A stretch of DNA of 64,000 nt from Heptranchias perlo. Taxonomy: Eukaryota. The notes under the pieces are model-generated. The model was not told the DNA's origin. It searched no databases and was given only the letters and a program-made list of their open reading frames with translations. The stretch lies in contig NC_090359.1 in the NCBI RefSeq assembly GCF_035084215.1, positions 12,276,001-12,340,000 on the forward strand, given 5' to 3'. Below are positions 37,872 through 51,314 of this stretch, piece after piece (the stretch's first letter is position 1; each line of letters opens with the position of its first letter). The position numbers and the translations under genes were made by a program.

Positions 37872-38993
37872 GTTAAACTTTCGCTGCCTTCAAAAGCTTT
37901 TATCTCCAATATTGGATGTGGAAAGTGCAGTGTAAAACTGACTCGGAGATTCCCACTTTCCTCAATTTAAATGAACTGATATTCCAGCGGTTTTAAAATC
38001 TGCTCTGTGCGTCATTCTTCACCTCGATGTCAGACTTGCTTCTCTGATGGTGGGGATATCGGGAGGAGGCCGAGATGGATCATCCACCCGACACTTCTGG
38101 CTGAAGATGGTTGCTCAGAGCTCAGCCTTGTCTTTTGCACTCACGTGCTGGGCTTTACCATCATTGAGGATGGGGATGTTCACAGAGCCTCCTCCCGTTA
38201 GTTGTTTAATTGACCACCACCATTCACAACTGGGTGTGGCAGGACTGCAGAAGATCCGTTGGTTGTGGGATTGCTTTGCTCTGTCTATAGCATGCTGCTT
38301 CTGCTGTTTGGCAAGTAGTCCTGTGTTACTTTCAGGTTATTGGAGGGTGTGTGTTTGTGTGTACATGCCGGTGTGTCTTTGTGTGAGTGTGTATGTAGCT
38401 ATGAATGTGTGTGTTTGTGTATGTGTGAATATGTCTGCGTGTGTCTCACTTTTTCTACCCGTTTCTGAGTGTCTCTTTCTTTCTGTCACTTTTTCCCTGT
38501 TCCCCACATAATTTTTCTCTGGACCTTGACTAACAAAGAGATAGAAAGTAAGTCTTCTTTCAGCAGTGGCATGTGGAAAGTTAAACAAACTGTCATCAAA
38601 GAAGTAGTTAAAATAGATTCACTGAAACATGCATCCTTTTCATTGCTGTATGTGAGATCTTCCGAGTCTGCTTTCTCATCTGCGCCTGTTCCGAGACCTG
38701 TCTCTCTCTGTATCTCCATCTTTTTTCTTTCTGTCTGTCTCTCTCTCGATCGGTCTCTCCCTGTTTCGGGCTGGTGACTCAGACCCGGTCTGTCCACAGC
38801 ACAATTCTGCATTTTATTTCTTGCCTATCATTGTGGTTCTCACATCGAGCTGAAGAGTGAGGCAGAGAGCAGATTTTAAAATCGCTGTGAAATCAAATTG
38901 TGGAAGTGGGAAAGGCCGAGTCAGTTTTTCATTTTATTTTCAACATCCAATATTGCAGATAAATGAAAGTGAAACTTCGAAAGCAGCAATAAC

Positions 38994-39065
38994 CTCCTCG
39001 TCGGGGAATTGAACCCCTGTCTCCCACGTGACAGGCGGGGATACTCACCACTGTACCAACGAGGA
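38994..39065 (-). tRNA. tRNA-Asp(GTC) variant, possibly a pseudogene
   Basis: Same sequence with about 4 substitutions, including in the D arm and a T-stem mismatch. Confidence 0.8.
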
Positions 39066-39454
39066 ATCGATGCTGGGTGTTACCGGACATTCACCACAGA
39101 TGCTTCATGTTTTACTGATTCTTTTTGAACGATTGTTTGATGACAGTTTGTTTAATTTTCCACGGGCCACTGTTGAAAAAAGACTTCCCGACCACTTTTT
39201 CATCTCTTTGTTCGATTATGTCCAGAGTAAAATTATGTGGGGAGCGCGGGAGAGAGTGAGAGAGAGAAAGAAGGAGAAACAGACGCATTCAGGAAAATAT
39301 AGAAAATGTGAGACACACGCATGCATCGACAGACACAAAAATACACAGAAAGACACACCTACACAAAGAAACAGACACACACGCATACATATAAACATAG
39401 AGTGACTCAAACATAGGGAGAGACAGACCAGAGGTTATTTGGATGATTTTTAAA

Positions 39455-42450
39455 ATTCTTTCATGGGATGTGGGCATTGCTGGCAAGGCCAGCAGGTATT
39501 GCTCATCCCTAACTGCCCTTGAGAAGGTGGTGGTGAGCTTCCGTTCTTGAACCGCTGCAGTCTGTATGGTGAAGGTACTCCCACAGTGCTGGTAGATGGG
39601 GAGTTCCAGGATTTTGACACAGCGATGTACTTCCAAGTCAGGATGGTGTGTGAATTGAAAGGGACTGTGCAGGTGGTGTTGTTCCCGTGGACCTGCTGCC
39701 CTTTTCCTTCTAGGTGGTAGAGTCGAGGTTTTGGGAGGTCCTTACGAAGAAGCTTTGGCGAGTTGCTGCATTGCTTCCTGTGGATGGTACACACTGCAGC
39801 CACGGTGCGCCGGTGGTGGAGGGAGTGAATGTTTAAGGTGGATGAGGTGCCAATCAAGCGGGCTGTTTTGTCCTGGATGGTGTCGAGTTTCTTGAGTGTT
39901 GTTGGAGCTGCTCTCATCCACGCAAGTGGCGAGTATTTCTTCACACTCCTGACTAGTGCCTTGTTGATGGTGGAAAGGCTTTGGGGAGTCAGGAGGTGAG
40001 TCAGTCGCCGCAGAATACCCAGCCTCTGATCTGCTCCTGCAGCCACAGTATTTATGTGGCTTCACCAGTTAAGTTTCCGGTGAATGGTGACACCCAGGAT
40101 GTTGATGGTGGGCGATTCGGCAACAGTAATGAAATTAAATGTCAAGGGGAAGTGGTTGGACTCTCTCTTGGAGATGATCATTGCCTGTCACTTGTCTGGC
40201 GTGAATGTTAATTGCCACTTATCCGCCCAAGCCTGGATGTTGTCCAGGTTTTGCTGCATGTGAGAACGGACTGTTTCATTATCTGAGGGGTTGTGAATGA
40301 AACTGAACACAGTGCAATCAGTAGCGAACACCCCACTTCTGACCTTATGATGGAGTGAATGTCATTGATGAAGCAGCTGAAGATGGTTGGGCCTAGGACA
40401 CTGCCCTGAGGAACTCCTGCAGCGATGTCCTGGGTCTGAGATGATTGGCCTCCAACAATCACTATCATCTTCCTCTGTGCTAGCTATGACGCCAGCCACT
40501 GGAGAGTTTTGTCTCTGATTCACATTTACTTCAATTTTATTAGGGCTCCTTGATGCCACACTCGGTCAAAAGCTGCCTTGGTGTCAAGGGCAATCACTCT
40601 CACCTCAGCTTTGGCATTCAGCTGTTTTGTCCATGTTTGGACCAAGGCCGTAATCAAGTCTGGAGCCGAGTGATCCTGGTGGAACCAAAACTGAGCATCG
40701 GTGAGAAGGTGATTCGTGAGTAAATGCTGCTTGATAACACTGTCGACGACACCTTCCATCACTCTGCTGATCTTTGAGAGTAGACTGATGGGGCGGTTAT
40801 TGGATGAATTGGATTTCTCCTGCTTTTTGTGAACAGGACATACCTGGGCAATTAACCACTTTGTTGGGTAGATGCCAGTTTTGTAGCTGTACTGGAACAG
40901 CTTGGCTAGAGGCGCATCTAGTTCTGGAACACAAGTCTCCAGCACTACAGCTGGGATTTTGTCAGGGCCCTTTGCCTTTGCTGAATCCAATGCGCTCAGC
41001 CGTTCCTTGATATCACGTGGGGTGAATCGAATTAGCTGAAGACTGGCTTCTGTGATGGTGGGGATCTCAGGAGGAGACCGAGAAGGATCATCCATTTGGC
41101 ACTTCCGGCTGAAGATGGTTGCAAACACTTCAGCCTTGTCTTTTGCACTCACGTGCTGGGCTCTGCCATCATTGAGGATGATTGTCCATCACCATTCAGG
41201 ACTGGATGTGGCAGGACTGCAGAGCTTTGATCTGCTCCGTTGGTTGTGGGATTGCTTAGCTGTGCTCTCCAGCATGCTACTTCTGTTGTTTGGCTTGCAT
41301 GTAGTCCTGTGTTGTAGGACAATTGTAGCTTCACCAGGTTGACACCTCATTTTAGGTACTCCTGGTGCTGCTCCTGACACGCACTTCTACACCCCTCATT
41401 GAACCAGGGTTGATCCATTGGCTTGTTGGTAATGGTAGAGTGAGGTATATGCCGGGCCAGGAGGTTACAGATTGTGGCGGAATACAATTCAGCTGCTGCT
41501 GTTGGCCCACAGCACCATATGGATGCCCAGTTTGGAGTTGCATAGATCTGTTCTGAATCTATCCCATTGAGCACGGCCACCACACAATATGCTGGACAGT
41601 GTGAAGTCGGAATTTCGTCTCCATAAGGACTATGCAGTGGTCGTTCCAACCAATGCTGTCATGGGCAGATGCATCTGCGACAGGTAGATTGATGTGGACG
41701 AAGTCCAAAAGGTTTTTCTCTCATGTTTGTTCTCTCACCACCTGCCACAATCCCAGTATGGCAGTTATGTCCTTCAGGACTCGGCCAGCAGTGGTGCTAC
41801 CGAACCACTCTTGGTGATGGACAGTGAGGTTTCCCCAATCAGAGTACATCCGGTGCACTTGCTACCCTCACTGCTTCCTCCAAGTGGTGCTCAACAGGGA
41901 GGAGTAACGATTCATCAGCTGAGGGAGGTCGGTAAGTGGGAATCAGCAGGAGGTTTCCTTCCCCTTGTTTGACCTGAAACCATGACATTTCATGGTGTGC
42001 AGAGTCAACTGTTGCGGACTGTCACGGCCACTCCCTCCTGACTGTATACCACTGTGCTGCCACCTCTGGTGGGTCAGGACATACCCAGGGATAATGATGG
42101 AGGAGTCTCGGGCTTTGGCTGAAAGGCATGATTCTGTGAGTGTCGCTATTTCAGGCTGTTGCTTGACCAATCTCTGGGACAGCTGTCCCAATTTTGGCAC
42201 AAGTCCCCTAATGTTCGTGGGGTGAACTTCATAGGGTCGACTGTGCTTGGATTGCCTGAGCCTTGTTCGGTGCGTGTGGCCCGTATTGTTTTATTCTTAT
42301 TACGTAGCGGGATTGTGCAACTGAGTCGCTTGTTAGGCCATTTCAGAGAACCGTTAAGAATCAACCTCATTGCTATTGGTCTGAGGACGGCATGTTTCCT
42401 TCCCTCAGGGGGGCATTAGTGAACCAGAGGGGTTTTTATGACAATCCGGT
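39455..42450 (-). mobile_element. Degenerate APE-RT LINE, RTE/RTE-X-like (clade tentative); small fragment also at ~38040-38335
   Basis: ATLTES (EN), KAKGPDKIP, RPISLLS, KAAFDRVWH, GVPQGSVLGP; many stops and frameshifts. Confidence 0.8.
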
Positions 42451-42454
42451 ATGT

Positions 42455-42830
42455 TATAGAGTCATAGAGAGTCATAGAGTTATACAGCACGGATAGAGGC
42501 CCTTCGGCCCATCGTGTCCGCGCCGGCCATCAAGCCCTGTCTACTCTAATCCCATATTCCAGCATTTGGTCCGTAGCCTTGTATGCTATGGCATTTCAAG
42601 TGCTCATCCAAATGCTTCTTGAATGTTGTGAGGGTTCCTGCCTCCACAACCCTTTCAGGCAGTGAGTTCCAGACTCCAAACACCCTCTGGGTGAAAAAGT
42701 TCTTTCTCAAATCCCCTCTAAACCTCCCGCCTTTTACCTTGAATCTATGTCCCCTTGTTATAGAACCCTCAACGAAGGGAAAAAGCTCCTTAGTATCCAT
42801 CCTATCTGTGCCCCTCATAATTTTGTACAC
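42455..42830 (-). mobile_element. CR1 3' fragment, same young family as 691-2290
   Basis: Near-identical to 691-1055, including the ATAGAGTC tail repeats. Confidence 0.92.
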
Positions 42831-42917
42831 AGAACACAAATCGCCCAATGTGGGGCGTTGTGTTCTTGGATTGCCTGAGCCTTGTTCGGTGCGTGGATTA
42901 CTCGTCAAGTAACATAA

Positions 42918-43240
42918 TCACCACGCTACCTTACCCTGTCCCTTGGACTTAAGGGAGAGGAGATGAGCGCTGTACCAGGGTGGCCGAACAGTGTGAGAGA
43001 GAGTAATGGTTTTAATGGGGACAACCGCATCAAAAGTGGAGGTGAGAGTGTGATTGAGCAGATCGGTAGCTGCAGAAATGTCGTGGTGAATGGAGGGCCA
43101 AAGGCTGGACAGTTGGGACTTTGAAATTGTGATTGTAAGTGACTTGGGGGGAGGGTTTTTTTGATGGGCGAACACAGAAGGAAGTGGGTTTTGGAGGGGG
43201 AAGGGGGATGTGGGTACAGAGGGATACAAGGAAGTGATCA
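42918..43240 (-). mobile_element. LINE ORF2 fragment (L2/CR1 group)
   Basis: LLNHTLTSTFDAVVPIKT..PPWY resembles the EN-RT linker; L2/SINE-like 3' tail at ~43545-43745. Confidence 0.55.
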
Positions 43241-43250
43241 GGGATGGCCT

Positions 43251-43324
43251 TTTCCATGAGTATAGTGATGAGTATCTTCGCCTGTCACGTGGAAAGACAG
43301 GGGTTCAATTCCTCCGACGGGGCG
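43251..43324 (+). pseudogene. tRNA-Asp(GTC) pseudogene with the same downstream flank as the other copies
   Basis: Disrupted acceptor stem, intact ctgtcac anticodon loop; 3' flank aligns with 37872-38030. Confidence 0.8.
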
Positions 43325-45013
43325 ATTAAACTTTCTGCCTTCAAAAGCTTCACTTTCATTTATCTGCAATATTGGATGCAGGAAATACAGAGCAAAACTG
43401 ACTTGGAGTTTCTCACTTGCCACAATTTAATTTCACTGATATTCCAACGGTTTTAAAATCTGCTCTCTGTCACTCTTCACCTCAATGTCAGAACCACAAT
43501 AATGAGGAAGAAATGAAACGCACAATCTCACCGTGAATAACATCAACAACAACTTGCATTTATATCGAGCCTTTAAGGTAGTGAAACGTCCCAAGGCGCT
43601 TCAAAGGAGCGATTTTCAAACAAAATTTGACACCGAGCCACGTAAGGAGATATTAGGACAGGTGACCAAAAGCTTGGTCAAACAGGCAGGTTTTAAGGAA
43701 TGTCTTAAAGGAGGATGTGAAAGGTGCTATATAAATGCAAGTTCTTTGTTTCTCACAGGGGGCCGTGTCTTGTTCCTCATCTCATTGAGATCTCAGTTAA
43801 TTGGTCTGTTCTCTCCACAGATGGGGCCCGACTCGCTGAGTGTTTCTAGAATGTTTTGAGTGACTCGGGTTTGAGAGTAAATGATAAAAGGACTGTCGTC
43901 AAACACTCGGCCATGAGCTGCTGCCCAGCTGCTGAGTGACCTGTCGGGACATTGTTGCTTGCTTCCCTTCAGCTTGTGGTTCTGGATTTTTGATGCACTG
44001 TCCCTTTAAGAGCTGTGGTCTGCCTGCAGCGGTCAGACAAGTCGCAAAGGCTCCCAGAACTATGCTTGGCTCTGTCTTTCACTGAGGTGCAGAGATCAGC
44101 CAGACTTTAACGTAAATTCCACCAGCTGGCAGAAAAGAGTGAGTAACAACTCGTTTGAGCCCAGAGTGTGAGCTGCGGCCAATAATAAAGAAGTGAAAAA
44201 TTATCTTATAAGAACAGAAGTGGGTCATTCAGCCCCTCGATCCTGTGCCGCCATTCAGTCAGATCATGGCTGATCTGTACCTCAACTCCAATTACCCGCC
44301 TTTGATCCATATCCCTTGATATCTTCATCAAATAAAAATCTATCAATCTCAGTCTCAAAAATCATTTTGAGTTAACTACCGTTAGCCAGAAAGAGAGGAA
44401 ATCAGGAAGAAAATGGAGTTCCAGAGAAAGAGGGAATAAAAGAGGTAGATTAACAGACAGAGAAATTTGGGAGTCCAGTAAAAGGAGTGTTTGTGAGGGA
44501 GAGAGACCTGGGCATTGGGAGAGACAGAAAGAGGGGGAACGAGTGAAACAAGGTGACACGGACTGTGCTAAATTACATAGCAGGGCGACAGGGAATAGCA
44601 GGACCGGTCTGGGAATGGGAGTACAGAAGATTCAAGTTAAAATGACACATTGGTGAACTGGGTTTCGATATTTCTTACACTGTGTGCTTGTGGTTTCAAT
44701 CTTCATGTAATTTATTAAACTTAGAAATTGTGACTCTGTCATTGTTGAACTCATTGCTCCAAAAGGTTACTCAGCTGGTCGATGTGTAATGTTCCGTCAC
44801 CTTAATGAGTGTGATAGTCAAAGGTCAGATGGGACCAAAACTTATTTGTTCAGGAGTCTGTAAGTAATATGTGATGTCAGTCGGGATGCGATCTAATTGT
44901 CCCATTCGGGGTTTATTTACACTATAAGTATCCCGCTGTTTTAACTTCGTTACCTGACTATCGCAGTTCACATACCTCTTTACAGCACCGAAAGAAATCG
45001 TCTTCGCAGAGAA

Positions 45014-47384
45014 ATGGGTCTGCCGCTATTTACGGAGATAGAATTCATTTATTATCCTGTTCTGGCAGCAATTGGAGTACCTGGTAAGTCATTATCAGCA
45101 CGTCCGGTGTAAGTAACAGAATGTTTAACTATGTTGCTGTTTGTGCTCTGAGCCTGGTAAATGTGGAATGTTATTCTTCACCGTTTTGTGATACAGTTAA
45201 AACTTCCATCCTTGTCCCATTGGTCAATGCACCGAGTAACTCACCCTCGCTCTGTGCTGAACTGTCGAGTCTGGGGTCTAAATGTGTCCTTGGTGCTCCC
45301 TGGCCAGGCAGGGGTAAAACAGGCAGGGCGCACGGTCCTGAGTGTAATCCACTGCCTCCTGGTGGAGAGCGCGCCTGTTGTGGAGATCGGGTGAGGAAGG
45401 ACCGGGTGAGATTGTCGTGTTTCCCGAGGACCGATCGCCTGGGGTTCCGGAGAGCAGATTGTGGCTGTGTATCCCGGCATGAGTCAGTGTCTTCAGGATA
45501 GAAGGACAGGGAACAAACGGAATACGCATCAGATAAATAAAACATGTGACAGAAACTGTCCTCCTCACTCGAAGGTACAATCTTGTGTTCCCGTCAAATG
45601 TTCCTCTCAGATCATAATTATATTTCAGCAAAATGGCTTCACAGGACTTTTGATGTGTTTGATGTTTAAAGTATTGTTTGGACGAGTTGAATGACGATGA
45701 CTGTATACTTCAGTCCATGTGTGTTATTGTGGAGAGTGGGGAAACCAGTCTTGACACTGGTTCGGGAGGGGGATTAGCTGGAGACCATGAGTGAGAGTTG
45801 GCGGTGATTTGTTCTTATACCGCGCGGCTCCTGGGATCGATCTCTTATTCCGAGGATCCGACTGTCCTTTGTTTTTCTCACGCCTTGTGCTGAGATATAA
45901 AGACTGGACCTGGTTATAACTGGAGCACGTTACAGAATTAAATTCCTTGACATATTGTGTCATGATCCATTCACAATACTCCACTGGAAACCTGATCTAA
46001 TTAATTACTGAAAGATGACGGGCAGCAACTCAATACCAGGCTCGTGTTTTCAATGTATTTTCTAAAATCAAAGTCTCTGGTATTGTGTGGGTCAAATCAT
46101 TAGGTTTTTCCCCCGTATTACGATTTAAGCCAAATCCAGAGTCACCTTGTCTGTATTTCCTGATTTAACTCGTCTTGTCGCCTTTCACTTTCATAGTTGG
46201 TGACGTTCTGCCCCGCGGACCTCCCAGTGTCGGAATCGACTGAATAAACTTAATCTCAAGGATCACAAGTGAGGACTCAGCTGTCGGGTGAGGGATCCCG
46301 GGGCCACCGTCACCCGAAAGGAACCTCCCAGAATGAGCTGCCCCTTCGGAACAGGAGGCAGAAGCCAAGGGGAAAAACCAATAAATAAACACAATCATAG
46401 CCCATGTACATCGGTTAAACTGAGAGCTCATTGATCAGCCCGGTTGGTGATTTCACTGTTTCTGTCTCTCTCTTTCTCTCAGTGAACTTGCTGGCGATTG
46501 TGATCCTGTCCCGTGGAAAGTGCGGTCTCTCCAAATGTATCACTCGCTACCTGGTGGCCATGGCGACGGCGGATCTCCTGGTGATTGCCTGTAATGTGAT
46601 CTTATATCGGATTGCTCATCTTTATTGGTGGGACACTTTCCTGCTCTACACTCGTGTTTGCAGATTCATTCTCTTCCTGGCTCCTACTGCCACAGACAGT
46701 TCTGTTTGGTTAACGGTCGCTTTTACCTTTGATCGTTTTGTAGCCATTAGTTGTCAGAAGCTGAAAACAAAATATTGCAACGAGAAAACTTCACTTGTGA
46801 TTATCGTGACTTTGAGCGCGCTGTTCGGTTTAAAGAATATTCCCCGGCCCTTCGTGTATGATCATTACCCTACTGTTAACAATATACCATGGGGTTGCCT
46901 TGTATCATCACAGTTTTATGTTCTACCCGCATGGATCGCATTTTCTTGGATTGAACAGCTGTTAACCCCGTTGCTTCCATTCTGTTTGATTTTATTGTTT
47001 AATGCTCTCACCGTCAGACGCATTTTAGTGGCCAGTCGGGCCCGAAGGAGCCTCCGGGACCTCAGCAATGGTGAGAATGACAAGGACCCTGAGATGAAGA
47101 ACCGCAGAAGGTCCATCGTTTTACTTTTTGCCATATCCGGCAGTTTTATCCTGCTCTGGATGACAACGGTCGTATATTTTTTATATTATCGAATTTCAGG
47201 TGTCTTTAACCGCCGATCTTTGTTTAACCCTTTTGCAACCTTCGAACAAGCGGGAATTCTGCTTCAGCTTCTGAGTTCCTGTACGAACACGGCCATTTAC
47301 ACAGTGACCCAGAGTAAGTTCAGAGAGGAGCTGCTCAATGTGATTAAATATCCGTTTACTCTAATTGGTAAATTGGTCAAATGA
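45014..47384 (+). CDS. Class A orphan GPCR, GPR139/GPR142-like; exons 45014-45083 and 46483-47384 (323 aa)
   Basis: Exon 1 MGLPLFTEIEFIYYPVLAAIGVP with GTAAGT donor splices in phase 1 to VNLLAIVILSRGKCGLS; seven hydrophobic segments, ADLL, FDRFVAI, SCTNTAIY. Confidence 0.88.
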
Positions 47385-47879
47385 AGAAAACGGCTGAAGT
47401 GAAGCTGGAACTGACTTCCCAACATCACAACTCAATTCCAGATCAAAATTATCACCTCAATTTACCAAAGGGACTCAGCATCAGGGCCAACGCTATCTCC
47501 TTTAAACACATTTCTTCTCAAAAGTTAGATCAAAATTTAATTTTACAGCAGCCGACAAAAAATGAGCAAAAGCAACAGACAGTAACATTATCAAAACATG
47601 TTCCTGTATTCAGATCATTTTTTAAACACGTCCTCAGGGAATCTGACCCGAAATGTAATTGTCCGGAGGAAGGGCTGTGAATTAGCGACTGGATATTAGT
47701 TTCCACCGGACCGGACTAATAATCGAGCCCCGCCTACAGCATCTGTGGGGTTAATTCTCTCTTTTAACTATTTCTGGGCCCCCTTAAAACATTCCTGTAA
47801 CTCCGTGTCTGTGATATTTTTAACAGCCGTTGGTCCTCAATAGTCTGGGAATCACTGATGGGTTTTTTTTCTGCCTTCT

Positions 47880-48462
47880 CCCGGATTCAGGAGGCAGGCA
47901 AGGGCTGTCGTTTTGCTCTGCTCAGACCTCCACTCAGCTCGGTTCTGAAGTGTTCACTGGAAGTGCAGTCAGAATGACGCTTGATTTTTTTTGATTTTTT
48001 TTGTGTTTTTAGGCCCCCCTTTTATAAGAAGCGGGGTTTAGGGTGTGTTCATGTGCAGAAAAACCAAAAAACCCAAAATAAGTGTCAAATTTAAATTTTA
48101 TTATTTCGGTCCAGGATGCACTCCAGCCCCTGCGGTGCCCCCCGGTCGCGGAAAGCCCCAAGCGAACCGGCAGACACCGCGTGCTCCATCTCCAGGGCCA
48201 CCCAGGCACGGAGAATTCCGCAGAAGAGAGGCCGACAGTTGGAGCGACCGCCCCCACGGGCCCCGTCTAACCTGGACCTGTGGATGGCCACCTTGGACAG
48301 GCCCACGAGGAGATCCTCCGACTGACCCGCCCTCCTCCTCACCCGGTGGCCAAAGACGAGGAGCGTGGGACTGAAACGCAGCCAGAAGTTGTGGAGCAGC
48401 CCCTTTAAATAGTGGAACAGGGGCTGCAACCTCTCACACTCCTTGTAGACATGAAACACGGA
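47880..48462 (-). mobile_element. Tx1 3' fragment (48462-~47985) followed head-to-tail by a putative Tx1 5'-end fragment (~47980-47880)
   Basis: ORF 48091-48459 is the ORF2 C-terminus; hairpin 48010-48035; after the A tail, TCATTCTGACTGCACTTCCAG..CTGAGTGGAG..GCCCTTGCCT resembles the 5' ends at 33381 and 28190. Confidence 0.8.
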
Positions 48463-49095
48463 ATCATTCAGGCGCAGAAGGTCTGTTGATGTTTCAAAAC
48501 AGGCGTGAAGTCTTTTTTTTAAAAATCAGGCCAATGACTCAGTTAGAATAGTTGATGGAGGAATTTCACAGGAGTAGATGAAGTTTCAGTCACTCAGAAG
48601 GGATTAACAGAGAGTAAAGCCGGGTTAGCTGGAGGCACTGCCGCAGAAGGGGAACCGAGGAATGAGTGAATGCACAGAAGGCCAGTGTTGGAGGATCAAA
48701 GAGTGTGGGACATGGAGATGGAGGCGTTTGCAGAGGTCGGACAGGCAAACCTTGGAGGGACTTATAGGGAACGTGTTGAGGGTCAGGAAACCAATGGAAG
48801 TCAATGAGATCTGATCAGTGGAGCAATGGGAGGGCGGGGTATGGGGATCGGCAGGGAGGTGATCGAAGGGGAGGAGTCCAGAGATAATGCTCAAAGGAAG
48901 AGATGTTGACAAAGCAGGAAGGGGTGAGGCCAATGTGTGTTTGGAAGAAATCCACGGCAACACCACAGAGGTTAGGGGGAGAAGGTGAATTGTACAGACA
49001 GGCAGTGAGGATTCAGAAAGTACCTTGTATGACAGTGTTACCACTCATCAGACAAGTTTCAGTCAGAAAGAGTGAAAGGGGAAAACGCCAAATAC

Positions 49096-49278
49096 AGGGT
49101 CAGGGACGCACGGGGAGATGGGGTCAGGGACGCACGGGGTCAGGGTCAGGGACGCACGGGGAGACGGGGTCAGGGACGCACGGGGAGACGGGGTCAGGGT
49201 CAGGGACGCACGGGGAGACGGGGTCAGGGACGCACGGGGAGACGGGGTCAGGGACGCACGGGGAGACGGGGTCAGGGA
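49096..49278. repeat. 24/30-bp minisatellite GGGTCA(GGGTCA)GGGACGCACGGGGAGACG, about 7 units
   Basis: Direct tandem repeats. Confidence 0.92.
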
Positions 49279-51314
49279 CATAGATTTTTTTTAAAAATAA
49301 ACATGGCTCAAGTGAGCTCAGTTCCTGCAGACAGCAAGTTGTACAAAGGGCGTTATCACTGATATATGAATAACCCTCTTTGTAACTAAGTGACAAATTT
49401 CAGGAGTTTGTTGGATCCCTTTTGTACAATGTGTGACTTTGCCAGTAAGGGGTTGGACTGTGTAAGAAATCTCCATGTGCTGTGTTAATAAAACTCTGGT
49501 CCTGGTGTCACTGGGGATCTGCTCTCTCTTTATTGTAAGAAATCTCCATTAAATGAATAATCTGTGAATCTAAATAGCTGAGATCATCTTAAAGAATGGC
49601 TGACCTGCAGCATGAACACAGCTGTCCGTGGGCCTGTCTCTCTGTCTCCCACCTTCCCGTTCGAGTCTCTATCTCTCTCTCTGACACGGTCTGTATCTGT
49701 CTTCATCCCTCTCTATCTCCCATTGCCTATCTCACTATTCCTGCTGCCCTGCTTATTTGCCTCCAACTCCTTGCACACTAGTGTATCTCTCTTCCTCCCT
49801 GTCCCTTTCACTCGATCCGCACCCCTCCCGACCTTGCTCCCCATCTCCCATTCTCTCCCAACCGAGTTCTCACCTCTGAGTCCACCTCACTGTTTCCCTA
49901 CCCCTCACTCTCTCACTTCCTTTTCGTCCCTCTCTATCATCCCCATCAATCGCTCTTTACCCTCTCTCTTCCCTCCCACTCTGTCCCGATCCACTTTCTC
50001 TCTGTGCCTGGCTCTGTTCTCTGCAATTTTGCTGACCCGTTTTCTACACAATCCCCTCATTTTGCCCCGTTCCTGGATCTCTCTGTCTGCTGTCCACCCC
50101 TCTCTGTTTAAGTTGCTCCCTTTCTTTATCCACCCTCCCTCTCTCTATATATTCCATTTCTCTGTCTCTCCACATCCCTCCCTCTCCCTACCCATCTCTC
50201 TCTATATATTCCATTTCTCTGCCTTTAACTGCAGCTGCCACCTATTTGTTCACTCCACTCCATGGTTGATGTTCAGAGATTATGAGGGTGATTTTAAAAC
50301 GGAGCCGGGAAAGGGGCGGGTCAATTTGAGGTCAGGAAACCCATGAGTACGGGTTTCCGGGACGTCCTTAAGATTTTGACGAAAGGACATCTTTTATTTT
50401 TTTTGTTTCCCGTCTGACTGACCGGTTGATTGACAGGCTGGTCTCAGTGGGATGGGAAACCAGCCAGGGAGAGGACGTCTTCAGGTAAGTCTTTGTTTGC
50501 ATGGATGGGGGCACGGGTGAGCACGGGGCATGGATGGGCATAGGTGGGCACGGGGGTCGCAAGTCATGTGGGATGGGATCGGGGGTCATTGCAGGGGTCA
50601 GCAATCATTGAGGGGAATGTCGGGGGTCGGAGGGGGACGATCGGGGTCGGGGGTCTGGGATCGGTGGAGGGGTGTCGGTGCAGGTCGGCTTGTTGGGCCT
50701 GGGGGAAGCACTCCTGCTCCTCAGGGCCCACAAGCTGTGCCTTTCTAGGCACCTACCTGTTACTCTCGGGCCTTCTCACCTCCTTTCACGAGGAGTAAAA
50801 CAGAAGGCCCAGGAATCCGGCCCCCCCCGGGGTTGAAATCGGGAATTAGTAAAAAATGGATGCGTGAAGCCTCCTTGAAAGGTTCTGAGGCCCGACCCGC
50901 CCCCTGGGAGTGGGTTGGTCGCCCACCCCTGTGAAAACGGGAAATGGGCGGGTTGGAGACAGGTCTGAAATGGTGGCAATTTTCAATGCACCCCCGCCCC
51001 CAACCCACCCGTTCTTTACTTTTAAAATCGAGCCCTATATTTTCAGGCTGGTGATACATCAACACAAGTTGCTCAGTTTCCGTTAAACTTTGTGGACAGT
51101 CAGTTGCAATTTTACTCGCAGGGCCTAGGTTCATTATTCACGAACTAAGCAAAGATATGCTCTGCATATTAGAAGATTAAATGAGTGAAGTTTTGTTCCT
51201 ATTATTATTAATTCTAAGGAAGGTGATGTGGCCCCAAAACCCCAATAGCACCGACATTTTCACCAGTTTGACACTGATTCACTTTTAACACCAGCCATGC
51301 TGCAGCCTATCTTA

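Larger units (their letters stand above)
37620..39230. repeat. Inverted duplication of a ~400-bp tRNA-Asp unit (arms ~37620-38010 and ~38860-39230)
   Basis: Both flanks of the two tRNAs align in opposite orientation (e.g. caacggtggcccgtggaaaattaaacaaactg and its reverse complement at ~39144-39175). Confidence 0.8.

Noticed and set aside
48903-49396. Repetitive Gly/Thr/Arg ORFs
   Set aside because: Translations of the 24/30-bp minisatellite
49612-50346. 244-aa hydrophobic ORF
   Set aside because: Translation of a CT-rich low-complexity tract
50285-51036. Possible MITE with GGG..GATTTTAAAA termini
   Set aside because: Only a short imperfect inverted match; boundaries and target duplication cannot be established by eye
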